64,000 nucleotides of DNA from Mobula hypostoma. Lineage: Eukaryota. Shown one piece after another: positions 48,401 to 62,758 of this stretch. The notes beneath the pieces are model-generated. The model saw only the letters and a list, made by a program, of their open reading frames with translations, was not told the origin of the DNA and made no database searches. Location of the stretch: NCBI RefSeq assembly GCF_963921235.1, contig NC_086097.1:239632001-239696000 (forward strand), given 5' to 3'. A program made the translations under genes and the position numbers. Each line of letters starts with the position of its first letter. Position 1 is the first letter of the stretch.

Positions 48401-50116
48401 CAAACACTACCCTGATATTTACTTTCTTGCAGGCATTCAAAGTAGAACAAATAAATACATTAGAATCAATGAGAAACTATGAACGTCTGACAAACAATAG
48501 ATGTGCAAAAAAAAAACAATCTGTGCACATACACAAAAAAAATCAGAATCAGAATCAGAAGCACTTTATTGCCAGTTTATAAAACATACCAAAATTGATT
48601 GTGGTTCGGGGCCGAGCATAAAACACAGGACAATACCACAACACAAAATAGAATAGCAACCAACAATTTACAAGACAATAGTGCAAACAGCCATGAGCAG
48701 TCAACAATTGGCAGAATGGTCACACCTGCATACACCAATAATCAAATTTAAATAAATGTGAACCTACAAACAGACTCAATAATTATCAACAGAACAAGGA
48801 GAGCAGGAAAGGCCATTTAATGGATATTGTGAACTAACAGTTGGGGGATTACACCTGAGTGAGTTTTGTTTAGAAGCTGGAAAGCTACAGGAAAGAAGCT
48901 TCAGGGATAATTAGTCCTAGTGATGGTGGACTGGTAATAACAATAAATAAATAGTAAATAAACAATTAATACTGAGAAAGTGAGTGGTAGAGTCCTTGAA
49001 GTGAATAACTTTATTATATTAATTTGAAAAAAAAATACTAACACTATCAGTAAAAATAGATTGAAGCTAACCAAGTGTGAAAGATGACACTTGATTTTCT
49101 CCTCAGGCCATCTTTTCTAAACAATTTTAACCGATGAATGAAATCTTTCACTTTTCTTTTGTGGAAGTGTTTTATTTTATATAGTATTCTATTTTAGCTT
49201 TTTAGCAGATAACCCTTCAAAAGAAAGAAGAAAAATTTAAAAACACAAGTAGTATCATATCTAATTATAGAAGTACATCATTCAATCCAATATTACATGC
49301 ATTTCACAAAATAAAAGAATCATATCTGTAATATAATTTGTTTTTGGTGAAATATGTCAAGAACCTATTAGAAGTTTGTACTGTAAAGTGATGAAAAAGA
49401 CTCAGTATAACTTGTCAATTAGTACAGATATCGGTGATCCCTGAAAATAAGATATAACCTAGTACATAGTCTTGTTAAATTTATCCTTATCTGGAATGAA
49501 ATACATTCATTCATAATTCTTATGCAGTAACCAATCCCTTTATAAATGCAAACCAGTATTCTTCCCTGTTAAAAGTAACAATTACTTACAGCTTGACAAT
49601 ATTTATTGCTTAATTTGCATTGGATTATGTCTCAGAAAGTTGTTGTATTTATTAGACAACCCAATTAATTGAGATGTAACCATGTTCCATGATTTATTTA
49701 TAAAGCAGCTTCTTATAATTTTCTGTATTGTGTACAAAAGCATTTGTGTCAGTCTACCAAATTGTTTCTATCAGAGGCAGGAATTATTTATTAGTCGCAG
49801 TTAAGAAATAGATCAGTAATATTGGCTGAATGTAAGAACTTATATTGATTTACTGTATGATGAATAGAACATTTTTTTAAAGGTTCATTCTAAATCTCTT
49901 TCTATTTACTCTTTGAAGGTTTATGCAGTATTCTGCTGTCATTCAGTCTTTGCTAGGTTTTCTAGCCATGTCAGGAGTTATTCAATTAAGAACTATAATA
50001 TCGCATTCTTGATATTATGAGGTATTAAATGCTGAAATTAATAACAATCTGAAGTTAGCCCACTTTTGAATGTGATTTTCATGTTAAATTATACAATCTA
50101 GCTATTTTATTAGAAA

Positions 50117-50490
50117 GATGGAGACTTGATAGAGGTAGACAAAATTATGAGGTCTCTACTTAGGGTAAATGCAAGCAGGCTTTTTCCACTGAGGTTGTTT
50201 GGGACTACAATCAGAGGTCATGGGTTAAGAGTGAAAGGTGAAAAGTTTAAGGGGAACATGAGGGGAAACCCAGGGGGTCATGGGAGTGTGGAATGAGCTG
50301 ACAGCACAAGTGGAACATGCAAGCTCAATTTCAACGTTTAAGAGAAGTGTGGATAGGTACAGGGATGATAGGGGTATGGAGGGCTATGGTCCAGGTGCAG
50401 GGTGATGTGAATAGGCAGTTTAAATTGTTCAGCACAGACTAGATGGGACAAAGGGCCTGTTTGTGTGCTGTGCTTTTCTGTGACTTTATG
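50117..50490 (+). mobile_element. CR1 3' fragment
   Basis: GDLIEVDKIMR...RGHGLRVKGEKFKGNMRG. Confidence 0.82.
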
Positions 50491-51211
50491 ACTCAATGGC
50501 ATGAGGATCTTGAACTTTCCTATCAAAAGTTTGCTTTTAAATAATAGAAATTATGGTCGGCACTTTAAAATGAGCAAGGCTTGCTCTGACATCCAGCTGT
50601 TCAAATAAAACAGACAGCTCTAGACAAAGAGATTTGAATTATAAGCAAGACAGGATTGATCTCCACATTCATGTTTGGTAGTGGCTGAATCTTAGAATCC
50701 CTTGCCACTCACAATCCTGCTGCCAACTTGCTCTTCACGTTCTTTGTACTGCACTTTCTATAGATTAGTGGGAGCTTACAATCAGAGATTGGTGAAACTT
50801 TGGAATTTCTTCCCTAGGGACATTAGAGTTCGATAGATTTCTAGGGATGTGGGACCAGTGCTGATGTATGGCGCAAGCTTGAAGGACCAGATGATGTATT
50901 TCAGCTTCTAAGTATTGTTTTCTTAAGTTCTTTGAGACATTTTTAGGTTCAAATACAGCATTGATATGCCAACGAGCAGGGAATGTGTTGTGCATGCTTT
51001 ACCTGTTGGTCACAGCAGTGTAGACAAAAGGGTCCCAATATTAGCAGCAGGACAATATGAAAAAGGTTTTTAAAAGGCAGTTTTATACAGCCCAAGAGAA
51101 GCCAGCTGGCCCAGGTGCTCTGCTACCCTGCAAAAGCACCTTCTGCTCATTTCTTCTGTCATAACAACAGCAAAAAAAAAGATGCAATTATTCCCAAGCA
51201 TCTTCAAACAC

Positions 51212-52835
51212 AGTATCAGAATCAAGTATATTATCACTAATATATATCATGAAATTTATTGTATTACGGCAGCAGCACAGTGCATTATATAAAAAGTTAC
51301 TATAGGTTCATCATCATCACCATCATTATTATGTGCCATCTCGAATGACGTAGGTGATCATGGTCCCTTAACCATGATTGTTCTCGGCAGATTTCTCTAA
51401 GAAGTGGTTTGCCATTGCCTTCTTCTGGGCAGTGTCTTTACAAGATGGGTGACCTCAGCCATTATCAACACTCTTCAGAGATTGTCCGCCTGGTGCCATT
51501 GGTCGCATAACCAGGACTTGTGTTATTTACCAGCTGCTCATTCGACCATCCACCAACTGCACTCATGGCTTTGTGTGACTCCTGATTGGGGGGCTAAGAC
51601 ATGCAGATGAGTGGAGGAAAGTAACGCCTCACACCTCCATTGGTAGAGATACATATCCAACCAGCCACCCATGCTATAGGTTACAATAAGAAATATTAAT
51701 AAATAAATGAATAAATAGTGTGGAAAGAGAGCAAAATAATAAGATAGTGTTCATGGGTTCATGGACAATTCAGAAATCTGATAATGGAGGGGAAGAAGCT
51801 GATCCTAACATATTGAGGGCAGGTCTTCTGGCTCCTGTACCTGCTCCCTGTTGGTAGTAATGAGAAGAGGGCATGCCCTGACTGGTGAGGGTCCTTAATG
51901 ACAGATGCTGCCTTCTTGAGTCATTGCCTTTTGAAGACGTCTTCAATGGTGGGAAGACTTGCACCTGCAATGGATTTAGCTGAGTCTACAACTCTCTGAA
52001 GCCTCATCTGTTCCTGCACATTGCAGCCTCCATACCAGCAGCGTCTCTACTTTCTGTGAAGGCTGAGAAAAGTCCATCTCCTACCTCCCATCCTCACCAC
52101 ATTCTACACAGGTTGTACTGAGAGCATCCTGAGCAGCTGCATCACTGCCTGGTTCGGGAATTGCACCATCTCGGATCGCAGGACCCTGCAGTGGATAGTG
52201 AGGTCAGCTGAAAAGATCATCAGGGTCTCTCTTCCCGCCATTAGAGACATTTACACCACACGCTGTATCCGTAAAGCAAACAGCATTATGAAGGACCCCA
52301 CGCACCCCTCATACAAACTCTTCTCCATCTGTCAAAAGGCACCGAAGTATTCGGGCTCTCACGACCAGACTATGTAACAGTTTCTTCCCCCAAGTCATCA
52401 GACCCGTCAATACCCAGAGCCTGGACTGACACCAACTTACTGCCCTCTACTGTGCATATTGTCTTGTTTATTATTTATTGAAATGCCTGCACTGCTTTGC
52501 GCACTGGGTAGGTCTGCAGTCTAGTGTAGTTTTGTGTTGTTTTACACAGTTCAGTGTAGTTTTTGTATTGTTCATGTAGAACCATGGCCCTGAAAAACGT
52601 TGTCTCATTGTTACTGTGTACTGTACCAGCAGTTATGGTCAAAATGACAATAAAAAGCGACTTGACTTGACTTGACTTGATTTGAGGAGGTGATGCAACC
52701 AAACAGAATGCTCTCTATGGAACATCTGTAGCCTTTGATGACATACCATATCTCCTCAAACTCCTAATGCAGTATAGCTGCTGGTGTGCATTAACGTGTT
52801 AGGTCTCTAAGTTGTTGATATCCAGGAACTTGAAG
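51212..52835 (-). mobile_element. Rex1/Babar-type fragment with a nested RTE-like SINE (about 51309-51670, minus) and a nested Rex1 3' end (about 52035-52682, plus, (GACTT)n tail)
   Basis: DPHQSGHALFSLLPTGSRYRS on the minus strand; FYTGCTESILSSCITAWFGNC on the plus strand. Confidence 0.72.
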
Positions 52836-53326
52836 GGAGAATTTGTGATTGGAGAATTGCCTGTGAGCGATGATCCAGTGCCTGCAGTTTGCTGATCAAA
52901 AATGAATGAGACTGAGCACTCAAACCTGGTCTGACTTCAAGCAGAGAATATCATCTGGTTAGAACAATTACACTCCCAGCCACCCACCTATTGCGCACTA
53001 GAGTTTTAAATCAGCCATGTTCCAGCTTAAGTAAAATTATCCCATGAACATTGTTTTATCTGCTTATCCAGTCCACATTTCATTTAAGCCAAAGAAAAGT
53101 AGACAAGAACTGGAACAGCAAATATACCAATAATATAACTTCAACCATTTTGGTTATAACTTTTCAACTTCAAAGTTCAAAGTTCAAAATACATTTATTA
53201 TCAAAGTATGTGCTCCATATATAACCTTGAGACTTGTCTTCTTACAGGCAGCCACAAGACCAAAAGGCCTAATGGAACGCATTAACAAAAAAAATCAAAC
53301 CTCCAATGTGCAGAAAAAAAGGAAAA

Positions 53327-54007
53327 GGAGGAGAAGATGGCGGCGTGACACAGCTTTCGCGGCCACTCCGGTGGATGATATCTGTTAATTGACAAGTAGG
53401 GTGCCGTGCACAGTCCTAATTTGATGGAGACAGATGTGAGAGAATAGAGGAACATCTGGAGAAACTTCTGAAATGCCTTTTTCGCTGCCGCTGTTACTGT
53501 GTGATCCAGAATTTCTGGTGGGGAAGGCCCGAATCCTCGGCTTTGCTTGTTCTTTGGCGGCTGGGAGGGGGTCGAAGCGTTCGGCAGAGATGGTGCTCGG
53601 TGCTCGGTGTCGAAGGGCTGGTCGGAGGCTCAAAGTTTTCGGACGGACTCAGAGTCGGCTGTGGTCGGGTGCTTCCAATGCATTGACAGTTGTCAGTGCC
53701 TGGAGGTTTATGGCAGAGAGAGTTTCTCCTTCTGCCGCTTGCTATCAGGGACTATCGGGAGTCGATCGGAACTTTGAGACGTTTTATTACCATTCTCATG
53801 GTCTGCTCTTTATCAAATTATGGTATTGCTTTGCACTGCTGTAACTATATGTTGTAATTATATGATCTTGTCAGTGTTAGTCTTTGGTTTGTCTTTTTTT
53901 TTATGATATCACTCTGGAGGAACATTATATCATTTCTTAATGCATGCATGCATTTCTAAATGACAATAAACGAGGACTGAATGTCCTCATAATCTAATCT
54001 AATCTAA
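53327..54007 (+). mobile_element. Non-autonomous retroposon with AAGATGGCGGC head and (AATCT)n tail (copy 2)
   Basis: Colinear with 22912-23573. Confidence 0.8.
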
Positions 54008-54654
54008 ACAGCAAAAGCAAGCAAACAACTGAAGCTCACAAAAGTGAGTCCATAGCCAGTCATCACTGCAGCCCAACCCAGCCCAGCAGAGAGATAAGTA
54101 AACCTCATGGACAGTGAGCTGACTTGGCCCCTCCCTTGCCTCTGGCCTCGACATCCTGCCCTTTTCATTCTGGTCCAGCGAGGAAATCGTCCAAACTTCA
54201 GCTCGTTATATTAGATTTTGTTGCTGGCACTCAGAGTATGAAAGTTTGGTTTCAAATTCATTAATGTATTTGGGCTTCACTAACGAACATAGGAAATATA
54301 CAACTGAGGTCACACAACAATGTAACTCAGGAATAATAGATTTATCTGCATATTTTGGTGAAGGAAAATTATTTGAAAATGAGGAAGACTGATTCCCAAT
54401 ATCCGGCAGGCATTCACACCTCTACGAAATGAAGAAGACCTGGACAATCAACTCCTTGAGATTAACAACGGACTTCATCTTGCAATATCGTTAACAAAGT
54501 CGGCGTTACACCTCCAGTCAGATCCCAACTTGTTAAGTGCTTTAAATACTTCTGAAAGATGTGAAAAGCACGTCATATGGTCACACTAAAGATCTGAGGA
54601 TCAGGGAGTTCTGCAACACTATAGGAGGCCATTCAGCAGTGCCAGCTCTTTGAG

Positions 54655-55210
54655 AGAAGATTAGAATGGTAATCCGTGTGTGGAGCCAAAACAGGTAGAG
54701 GAGATCTCACATCATTGTTTTGCATCTGTATTTATTCAGGAGATGGACTGAGTCTATAGAAGTAAGGCATCAACTTTATAGACCCCTTACAGATTACAGA
54801 GAGGGAGGTGTTTGCGACCCTGAGGCAGATCACGGTGGATAAATCCCCTGGGCCTGACAAGGATGTCTCCTATGGGAGACAAGTGCAGAGCTGGGGCCCT
54901 AGCAGATTTATTTAAAACATCCTTAGCAACAGGGCAGGTACCAGAGGATTAGAGGATAGCCAATATCTTTCTACTGTTTGAAAAAGACTCTAAAGATAAA
55001 CCAGGAAATTATAGGATAATGACATAAGCTGCAGGAAAGTTATTGAATGGTATTCTAAAGAACCGGATATATAAGTATTTGGATAGACATGGACTGATTA
55101 AGGATAGTCAGCATGGTTTCATGTGTGGTAGGTCATGTATAACCAATCTTAAGAGTTTTTGGAGGAAGTACCAAGAAAGTGGATGAAGATAAGGCAGTGG
55201 ATGTTGTCTC
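54655..55210 (+). mobile_element. Degenerate CR1 ORF2 fragment
   Basis: VDKSPGPD; KPGNYR; GLIKDSQHGFMCGRSCITNL. Confidence 0.8.
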
Positions 55211-56162
55211 ATCAGTGCATGAGATTTTTTTCTCAGCCAGGGTGTTAATCATTTGCTAATATACCTCATCAAATTATCCTGTTTATAGCTATAGGAAAAA
55301 TATACATACCACTTTGCTTTAATGACAGGATAAAGCATGTTGAGATAACTCGATTAATTAAATTATTCTGGTCTTTCAGCAAGTCTAAACATTTCACCTA
55401 CTTCAAAATAAATCTTATTTTGTTACTCTTAAGTGATTTAAAACAAGATCCTATTTCCACCAAATATTTAATTGTTTTTCTACACCTTATATCTTCAAGT
55501 ATTCCTTCCTTGCTATTCCTTCCTTCCCAATATTATAATAGTTTGCCAAGGGGTATGAAAAATTCTATTACATGAAACTGAGAGCAATAATATATAATAG
55601 ATAGAGAGGACAGCTATTAAAATTTTATCCCTCCAAACCTGAACTGGTCATCGAACAAAAAATGGAAGAAGTGCTGCTAGCAATTTATTGCAGTAGAAAC
55701 GTTTGGTGTCCCTGGAGCAAACAAAGCAACTGAGTCTTTTGACTGGATTGAACTTATGGTTCAATGATGAGAAATGTATGTTGAAAGTCTTCTATTATGA
55801 AGTGTCATTTTCTGCTGATGCAGCTTAAGAGTGTCTACATATTGCCGATGCTTGCAAAGTGAAATGAGTGGATATTGTGCTCCCTTTTCGTATTGGCAGT
55901 ATTGTATTGAATCCTTTACATCCTTGACTCTGACCAAGGAAACAATTACTGTAATAGAATTTAGTTGGATACAAATTAATAGGTTAGAATAAACACTCTG
56001 ATTGATAAACGTTGAGTTAGAGTTTCTTCCCATTATAAATATTGGGAAAAAAGTAACTTAAAACAAAGCAAGAATGAATGTAAGGACACTGTTGGCTCAA
56101 CTGCACAGGTTCTAGAGATTGTGACAGCCATGCGGATCAACAGGTAAACTAGAAATACAGAG

Positions 56163-56355
56163 TAACACGTACAGAAAGCTGGTGGAGCCCAGCAGTTCAG
56201 GCAGCATCTCTGGAAAAGAATAAAGAATCAACATTTCGAGCAGAGACTCTTCATCAGGACTTTATCAGCTCTTTATTCCTTTCCATAGATGCTGTCTGAC
56301 CTACTGAGTTCCTCCAGCATTTTACGCTGGATTTCCATCATTTGCAGAACCTCTT
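56163..56355. mobile_element. Fold-back Penelope-like terminal repeats; hammerhead motif on the minus strand (56226-56261)
   Basis: About 56178-56225 is an imperfect reverse complement of about 56270-56320; AGTC-CTGATGA-A-GAGTC-TC-TGCTC-GAAA-TG-TT-GATT. Confidence 0.72.
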
Positions 56356-57229
56356 ACATTTATGAATTTAGAAGTACATCTGATTTGGGAACTGAGAAGC
56401 AGAGGAGAACAATAATTATTTCAGGTATAAGAGATTACGTACATACGTTATAAAGGTCCTTATGGTAATTTGAAATCACTGTACAATGGATTTGAGGTTT
56501 CTGAATGGACAATGAACTGATGAACACTAGGATATCTTATGTATTGCGCAATATTGCTGCTGAAAAAACAACAAATTTCATGGCATACGTCATGAAATTA
56601 AACCTGATTCTGATTCTGACTTAGTTATTGGACTAATGATTTAGTGGTGTGGGCTGATGATAAGGAGAAGTGTGGGTAACAGCATCACCATCTGGAGGCA
56701 TGAACGCACAGGACTGAAGATGTTGCAGAAGATTGTAAACACTGCCAGCACCATGATGGACATCAGCCTGCCCACCGTCGAGGGCATTTTCAAAAGTCGA
56801 TGCCTCAAGAAGGTGGCATTCATCATGAATGGATGGTGAAGCCAGCTGGTGTGTCAGAGGACCGAGACTGAGCTTGAATGTTGATAATGTAGGATACCTT
56901 GCTTGGTGGTTGACAGGCGGCAGGGAAGCTGCGTGGCCTCGAGATAGCTTTGTGGAGGCAAGCCTCAAAAGTAATGAGATTCCAGTGTTCAGAGTTTGCA
57001 GTACATCCTTTCCAATATGGAAGCAGTAAACAAATATGTTCCCACAAATATGTAAAGCAACGATTTCCTCACAGATAACGAGCATGACAGTGCTGCATTC
57101 GGAGATGTGTGTTCCTCCATGCTCAGGCGAGAGAGGAGGTGGAGAAGGATAGGCTTGGTTGTGATTGCCAAACCAATCGATGGAGTGTCTCAGGAGCAAA
57201 TCTAATTGGCCCTTAATAATAACTTTTTT

Positions 57230-57715
57230 GATAATAAGTCCCGAGGCTCTTGTAACTTCTACCTATTGGCAGCAGCAAGAGAAGAGCTAGGCCTGGATCT
57301 CTGATAGTGGATGCTGCTTTCCTACAACAGTATTTCATGTAGATGTGCTCACTGGTAGGGAGGGCTTTAACTATGATGTATTGGACTGAATCTACTACCT
57401 TTCGTAGGACTTTGCATTCAAATGCATTGGTATTTCCATAGTAGGTCGTGATGCAGCCAGTCAATACACTCTCCACTACACATCTATAAAAGTTTGTCAG
57501 AATCTTGATGACATGCCAAATCTCCACAGATTCCTAAGGAACCTACTAACCAAAACAAATTTGGATTGTGGGAGGAAACCAGAGCACTCAGAGGAAAGCC
57601 ATTTGGTCAAAGAGAAAATGTACAAAATCCTTAAAGATGGTACCGGAGTTGAACTCTGAACTCACATCCGAAGCTTTGATAGCGTCGCCCTAACCACTAC
57701 ACTATTGTGGTGACA
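57230..57715 (-). mobile_element. Rex1/Babar-type fragment (57230-57540) followed by a V-SINE (57541-57715)
   Basis: ORF 57213-57527 (FYRCVVESVLTGCITTYYGN); GGGAGGAAACCAGAGCAC. Confidence 0.75.
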
Positions 57716-57954
57716 CAGCTATTAAATAATAGTGGTGGATCACTTTATCATCACTCATAAAATGGCTCAATATGAGCAATAAATATTCTGAAGGAATTCA
57801 TCCCACTTGTAACAAGAAATCCAACAAGAAAAGGGTTTTCTGTTACAGAATATCACAATATAGATAGTTTTCTAGGAATGCAATATTTCTGTAACATAGG
57901 GGTCACCTATATTGTGACTGATTAACATCATTATTTGCCGACTCTTCATTCATG

Positions 57955-60295
57955 GCACCAATATTTGGATGATGGAATTGAAGGCTTTTTTGCAAAGTTT
58001 GCAGATGATATGAAGATAGGTGGAGGGGCATGTAGCTTTAAGGAAGTAGAGAAGCTATAGAAGGATTGATACAGATTGGGAGGCTGGGCAACGAAATGGC
58101 AGATTGAATACAGTGTCGGGAAGCGTATGGTCATGCACTTTGGTAGAAGAAATGAAAGTGTCGACTGTTTTCTAAATGCAAAGAAAATACAAAAAAAACC
58201 TGAGGCACAGAAGGACTTGGGAGTTCCTGTGCAGGATTCCCTAAAGGTTAATTTTACAGGTTTAGCCTGTAGTGAGGAAGGCAAATGTAATGTTAGCCTT
58301 CAAGATGACTAGATTATAAAAGCAAGGATGTAATGTTGAGATTTCATAAAGCACCGGTTGTGACTTACTTGGAGTACTATGAGCAGTTTTAGAAACATAG
58401 AAACATACAAAACCTACAGTATAATACTAGCCCTTCGGCCCACAAAATGGTGCCGAACATGTCTTTACCTTAGAAATTATCTAGGGTTACCCATAGTCCT
58501 CTATTTTTCTAAGCTCCATGTACCTATCCAGGAGTCTCTTAAAAGACTCTATCATATCCGCCTCCACCACCGTCGCCGGCAGCCCATTCCACGCACTCAC
58601 CACTCTCTGCAAAAAAACCTTACCCTTGACACCTCCTCTGTACCTGCTTCCAAGCACCTTAAAGCTATGCCCTCTCATGCTAACCATCTCAGCCCTGGGA
58701 AAAAGCCTCTGATTATCCACACAATTAATGCCTCTCATTATCTTGTACACCTTTATCAGGTCACCTCTCATCCTCCGTCACTCAAAGGAGAAACTGCCGA
58801 GTTTACTCAACCTATTCTCATAAGGCATGCTCCCCAATCCAGGCAACATCCTTGTAAATCTCCTCTGCACCCTTTCTATGGTTTCCACATTCTTCCTCTA
58901 GTGAGGCGACCAGAACTGAGCACAGTACTCCAAGTGGGGTCTGACTAGTATCTATAGAGCTGCAACATTACCTCTCAGCTCTTAAAATCAATCCCGCAAT
59001 TGATGAATGCCAATGCACCATATGCCTTCTTAACCACTGAGTCAACCTGCGCAGCAGCTTTGAGTGTCCTGTGGACTCGAACCCCAAGATCCCTCTGATT
59101 CTTCACACTGCCAAGAGTCTTACCATTAATACTATATTCTGCCATCATATTTGACCTACCAAAATGAACCACCTCACATTTATCTGGGTTGAACACCATC
59201 TGCCACTTCTCAACCCAGTTTTGCATCCTATCAATGTCCTGCTGTAATTTCTGACAGCCCTCCACATTATCCACAACATCCCCAATCTTTGTGTCATCAG
59301 AAAATTTACTAACCCATCCCTCCACTTCCTCATCCAGGTCATTTATAAAAATCATGAAGAGTAGGGGTCCCAGAACAGATCCCTGGGGCACACCACTGGT
59401 CACTGACCTCCATGCAGTATATGACCCATCTACAGCCACTCTTTGCCTTCTGGGCAAGCCAGTTCTGGATCCACAAAGCAATGTCCCCTTGGATCCCATG
59501 CCTCCTTACTTTCTCAATAAGCCTTGCATGGGTTACGTTATCAAATGCCTTGCTGAAATCTATATACTCTACATCTACAGTTCTACCTTTGTCAATGTGT
59601 TTAGTCACATCCTCAAAATATTCAATCAGGCTCGTAAGGCACAACCTGCCTTTGACAAAGCCATGCTGACTATTCCTAACCATATTACGCCTCTCCAAAT
59701 CATCAATCCTGCCTCTCAGGATCTTCTCCATCAATTTACCAACCACTGAAGTAAGACTCAGTGATCTATAATTTCCTGAAATATCTCTACTCTCTTTCTT
59801 GAATAAGGGAACAATATCCGCAACCCTCCAATCCTCCAGAACCTCTCCTGTCCCTATTGATGATGCATAGGTCATTGCTAGAGGTTCCGCAATCTCCTCT
59901 CTCACCTCCCACAGTAACCTGGGGTACATTTTGTCCGGTCCCGGAGACTTATCCCACTTGATACTTTCCAAAAGGTCCAGCACATCATCTTCCTTAATAT
60001 GTACATACTCAAGCTTTTCAGTCGGCTGTAAGTTTTGGGCCCCTTATCTTCGAAAAGATGTGCAGAACCTGGAAAGAGTTCAAAGGAGATTTATGAAAAT
60101 GATTCCAGGATTGAATGCTTGTCATATGAACAGCATTTGATGACTCTGCGTCTGTATTCACTAGACTTCAGAAAAATGAGGGGTGGCTCCATTGAAACCT
60201 ACTGGATGGTGAAAGGCCTTGATAGAGTGGATGTGGAGAGGTTGTTTCCAGTGATAGGAGAGTCTAAGACCAGAGGACACAGCCTCAGAATAGAG
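57955..60295 (+). mobile_element. CR1 fragment (57955-58390 and 60031-60295) split by another CR1
   Basis: KFADDMKIGG...LEYYEQF joins to WAPYLRKDVQNLERVQRRF. Confidence 0.85.
58391..60030 (-). mobile_element. CR1 LINE, 5'-truncated, nested in a CR1
   Basis: ORFs 58487-58771, 58975-59499 and 59339-59983; TSD AGTTTT (58385-58390, 60031-60036). Confidence 0.93.
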
Positions 60296-60570
60296 CGTAA
60301 GGGTGAAAAGTGAAATGTTTAAGGGGATCCTGAAGGGTCATGTATTCACACAGAAGGCAGTGAGAGTATAGAAGGAGCTGCCAGTGGAAGTGGCAGATGC
60401 AAGTTCAATTTCAACATTTAAGACAAATTTTGATAGGTACTCAGGTGGGAGTGATATGATGTCCATGGCCTGGGTGCTGGTCGATGGCACTAGGCAGATT
60501 AATAGTTCGGCATGGACTAGATAGGCCAAAGAGCCTGTTTCTGTGCCGCTGTGTTCCATGACTTTATAAC
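60296..60570 (+). mobile_element. CR1 3' fragment, degenerate
   Basis: FTQKAVRV..ELPVEVADA; tail similar to 50400-50490. Confidence 0.7.
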
Positions 60571-60674
60571 CCTGCATATGAACATTTTAATTCACTTTAC
60601 AGCTGTAATGAAAAATATGAATGGTTTAAGACTGGTGTAACATGGGTAAGCCAGAAAAAATGTATTAAGAAATC

Positions 60675-61165
60675 AACACACACAAAATACTGGAACAACT
60701 CTTCAGGTTAGGCAGTATCTATGGAAATTAATAGAGCACAAGACTGAGAAGGAAGGGGGAAAATGCCAGAATAAAGGGGAGGGGAGGGGAAAGACACTTG
60801 CTGAAAGGTGATAGGTGAAGCCAGTTGGGTGGGAAAGGTCAAGGGTTGGAGAAGAAAGAATCTGATAGGAGAGAAGTGTGGACCATGGGAGAAACAGAAG
60901 GAGGAGGGGCACCAAGTGGAGGTGATAGGCAGGTGCGGAGCGATAAGAGATCAGAGTGGGGAATAATGAAAGAGGGAAGAAGGAGGGAAAATGTATTTAC
61001 TGGAAAGAGAAATAGACATTCATGCCACCAGGTTGGAGGCTACCTAGAGGGAATATAAGGTGTTGCTCTTTTACCCCAAGGAAGGCCGCATCTTGATGTA
61101 AGAGGAAGCCATGGATCGACATGGCGGAATGGGGATGGAATTGGAGTTAATAAGTTTGGCCACCA
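60675..61165 (-). mobile_element. Penelope-like 3' end
   Basis: Reverse complement of the 22300-22790 type sequence (EQHLIF.LGSLQPGGMNV). Confidence 0.78.
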
Positions 61166-61779
61166 GGTAGACCAACTATCGGAATTAAAATTAAAATGTT
61201 AAATTTAAGAACATAATTTTGAAATGAAATCATGAATCGTTTAATCTGTTAGGGGTAACGAAATAATGAACACATTCATAGCCTGAAGCACACTCTTGGC
61301 ATCAACTTGTTTCTTTATTTGCCCTCTTTCCCTGAAGGTAGAAACTCAGGTGGGTACCAGTCGGTGTTGTCAGCAGTGCAACACGACTCCATCAAATGTT
61401 AAGTTTAGGCACTGAGGCCATGAATAGTCTGATCAACAGTAGCTCTGCTATCGTTACCACCCAGCAGTGATATGATCTTTCAGCACAGAACTGGACCTGT
61501 CTCTTTGGCATAACAACTATGGATGGCTCAGTATTACATTGCATTTAACTGCACAGCTATTCTTCCAGAATTCTCTTAAGGAAAGAGGAGACCTCTACAC
61601 AACAAAAAAGAAACTTTCAGTGAGCTCTTATTGAGCAGAAATGTTTCCATAGACATTGCCTGGCCTGCTGACTGTTTTCAGCATTTTCTGTTTTTATTTT
61701 AGACGTCTGAGTCTGCAGAACTATGTTTTCAGTTCAACGTCACCAAGTCCCATCATTTCACCGGTATTAGCCATATGGC

Positions 61780-62115
61780 AGCACCACCGCCCAGCGTTTA
61801 GCATAACACTTCACAGCAACAGTGGTAAGATTGGAATTCAATTGCCACTGCTGTCTGTAAGGAGTTTGTATGCTGTCCCCGTAACTGTGTGTGTTTCCTC
61901 CAGGTGTTCTGATTTCCTCCCACATTCCAAAGACGTGCAGTACAGGTTAGGGTTGGTAAGTTGTGAGCATGCTATGTTGGCACTGGAAGTGTGGTGACAC
62001 TTTCAGGATACCTTCAGCGCATATTCAGATGGCGTTGGTGGTTAACGCAAGCAACAATCTCACTATACGTTTTAATGTTTCAATGTCCACGTGACACCAA
62101 AACTAATGTTTCTAA
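61780..62115 (+). mobile_element. V-SINE
   Basis: GTTTCCTCCAGGTGTTCTGATTTCCTCCCACATTCCAAAGACGTGC V-domain. Confidence 0.78.
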
Positions 62116-62758
62116 TCTTTCATTTTTAGAAGACAATGAGTTAGTAGACAGTTTTCTAACAAAATATATACTTGGTAAAATGTACTGTAGTGTTTATTGG
62201 GGAAGTTTGTGTTGATTTCCATCAATGTGTTCATTCAGAGATGGCAAGTTCATAAAACTTTAAGCATTGAACTCAATGTCGGACTGCCTTAGGGATTCCA
62301 GCTCCAGATTTTTCCCTCAGGGTTTACTCGGAAGCCTTCCCCATGACTGACTATAGCCGCAAGGCAGTGGAGGCTTGAGGTCAGAGTTTTCCTTCTCCTA
62401 GGTGAGCTGCCAGCCACAGCTGATGAGCCCCATCAGCCCAAATAACATATCAAACTCCACTTATCCCCATTGGCTTCACCTCCACAGGTGCCAATTGCAA
62501 TAAATTCTACAGATTAGCCACCATCTGGATAAAGAAATTCCTTCCCATTTCTGTACTAAAGGGATCATCGTTTTGTTCTGATGTTGTGCCCTCTGCTCCT
62601 AGACTGGAAACATCTCCACATCTGCTCTGTTCAGGCCTTTCAATAGTCAGTAGTCCATTATACAGTTTTCCTGCTATTCAGCCAATGGAATTAAAAGTTC
62701 ATAGAAATGTGCAACACCCTGCAAAATTGCCAAAATTAAGTTAATTGAGAGTTACGTA

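Noticed and set aside
54400..54590. Short open frame (…TPLRNEEDLDNQLLEINNG…) with several CpGs, as a host exon
   Set aside because: Weak acceptor, no convincing donor, peptide not recognised; BLASTx would be needed
55761..55820. C/D box snoRNA-like ATGATGA…CTGA
   Set aside because: Span is short, terminal stem negligible, and no recognisable guide sequence
56633..57199. 188-aa minus-strand ORF as a host gene
   Set aside because: Partly antisense to a Rex1 fragment, the rest resembles degenerate LINE sequence, and no recognisable domain
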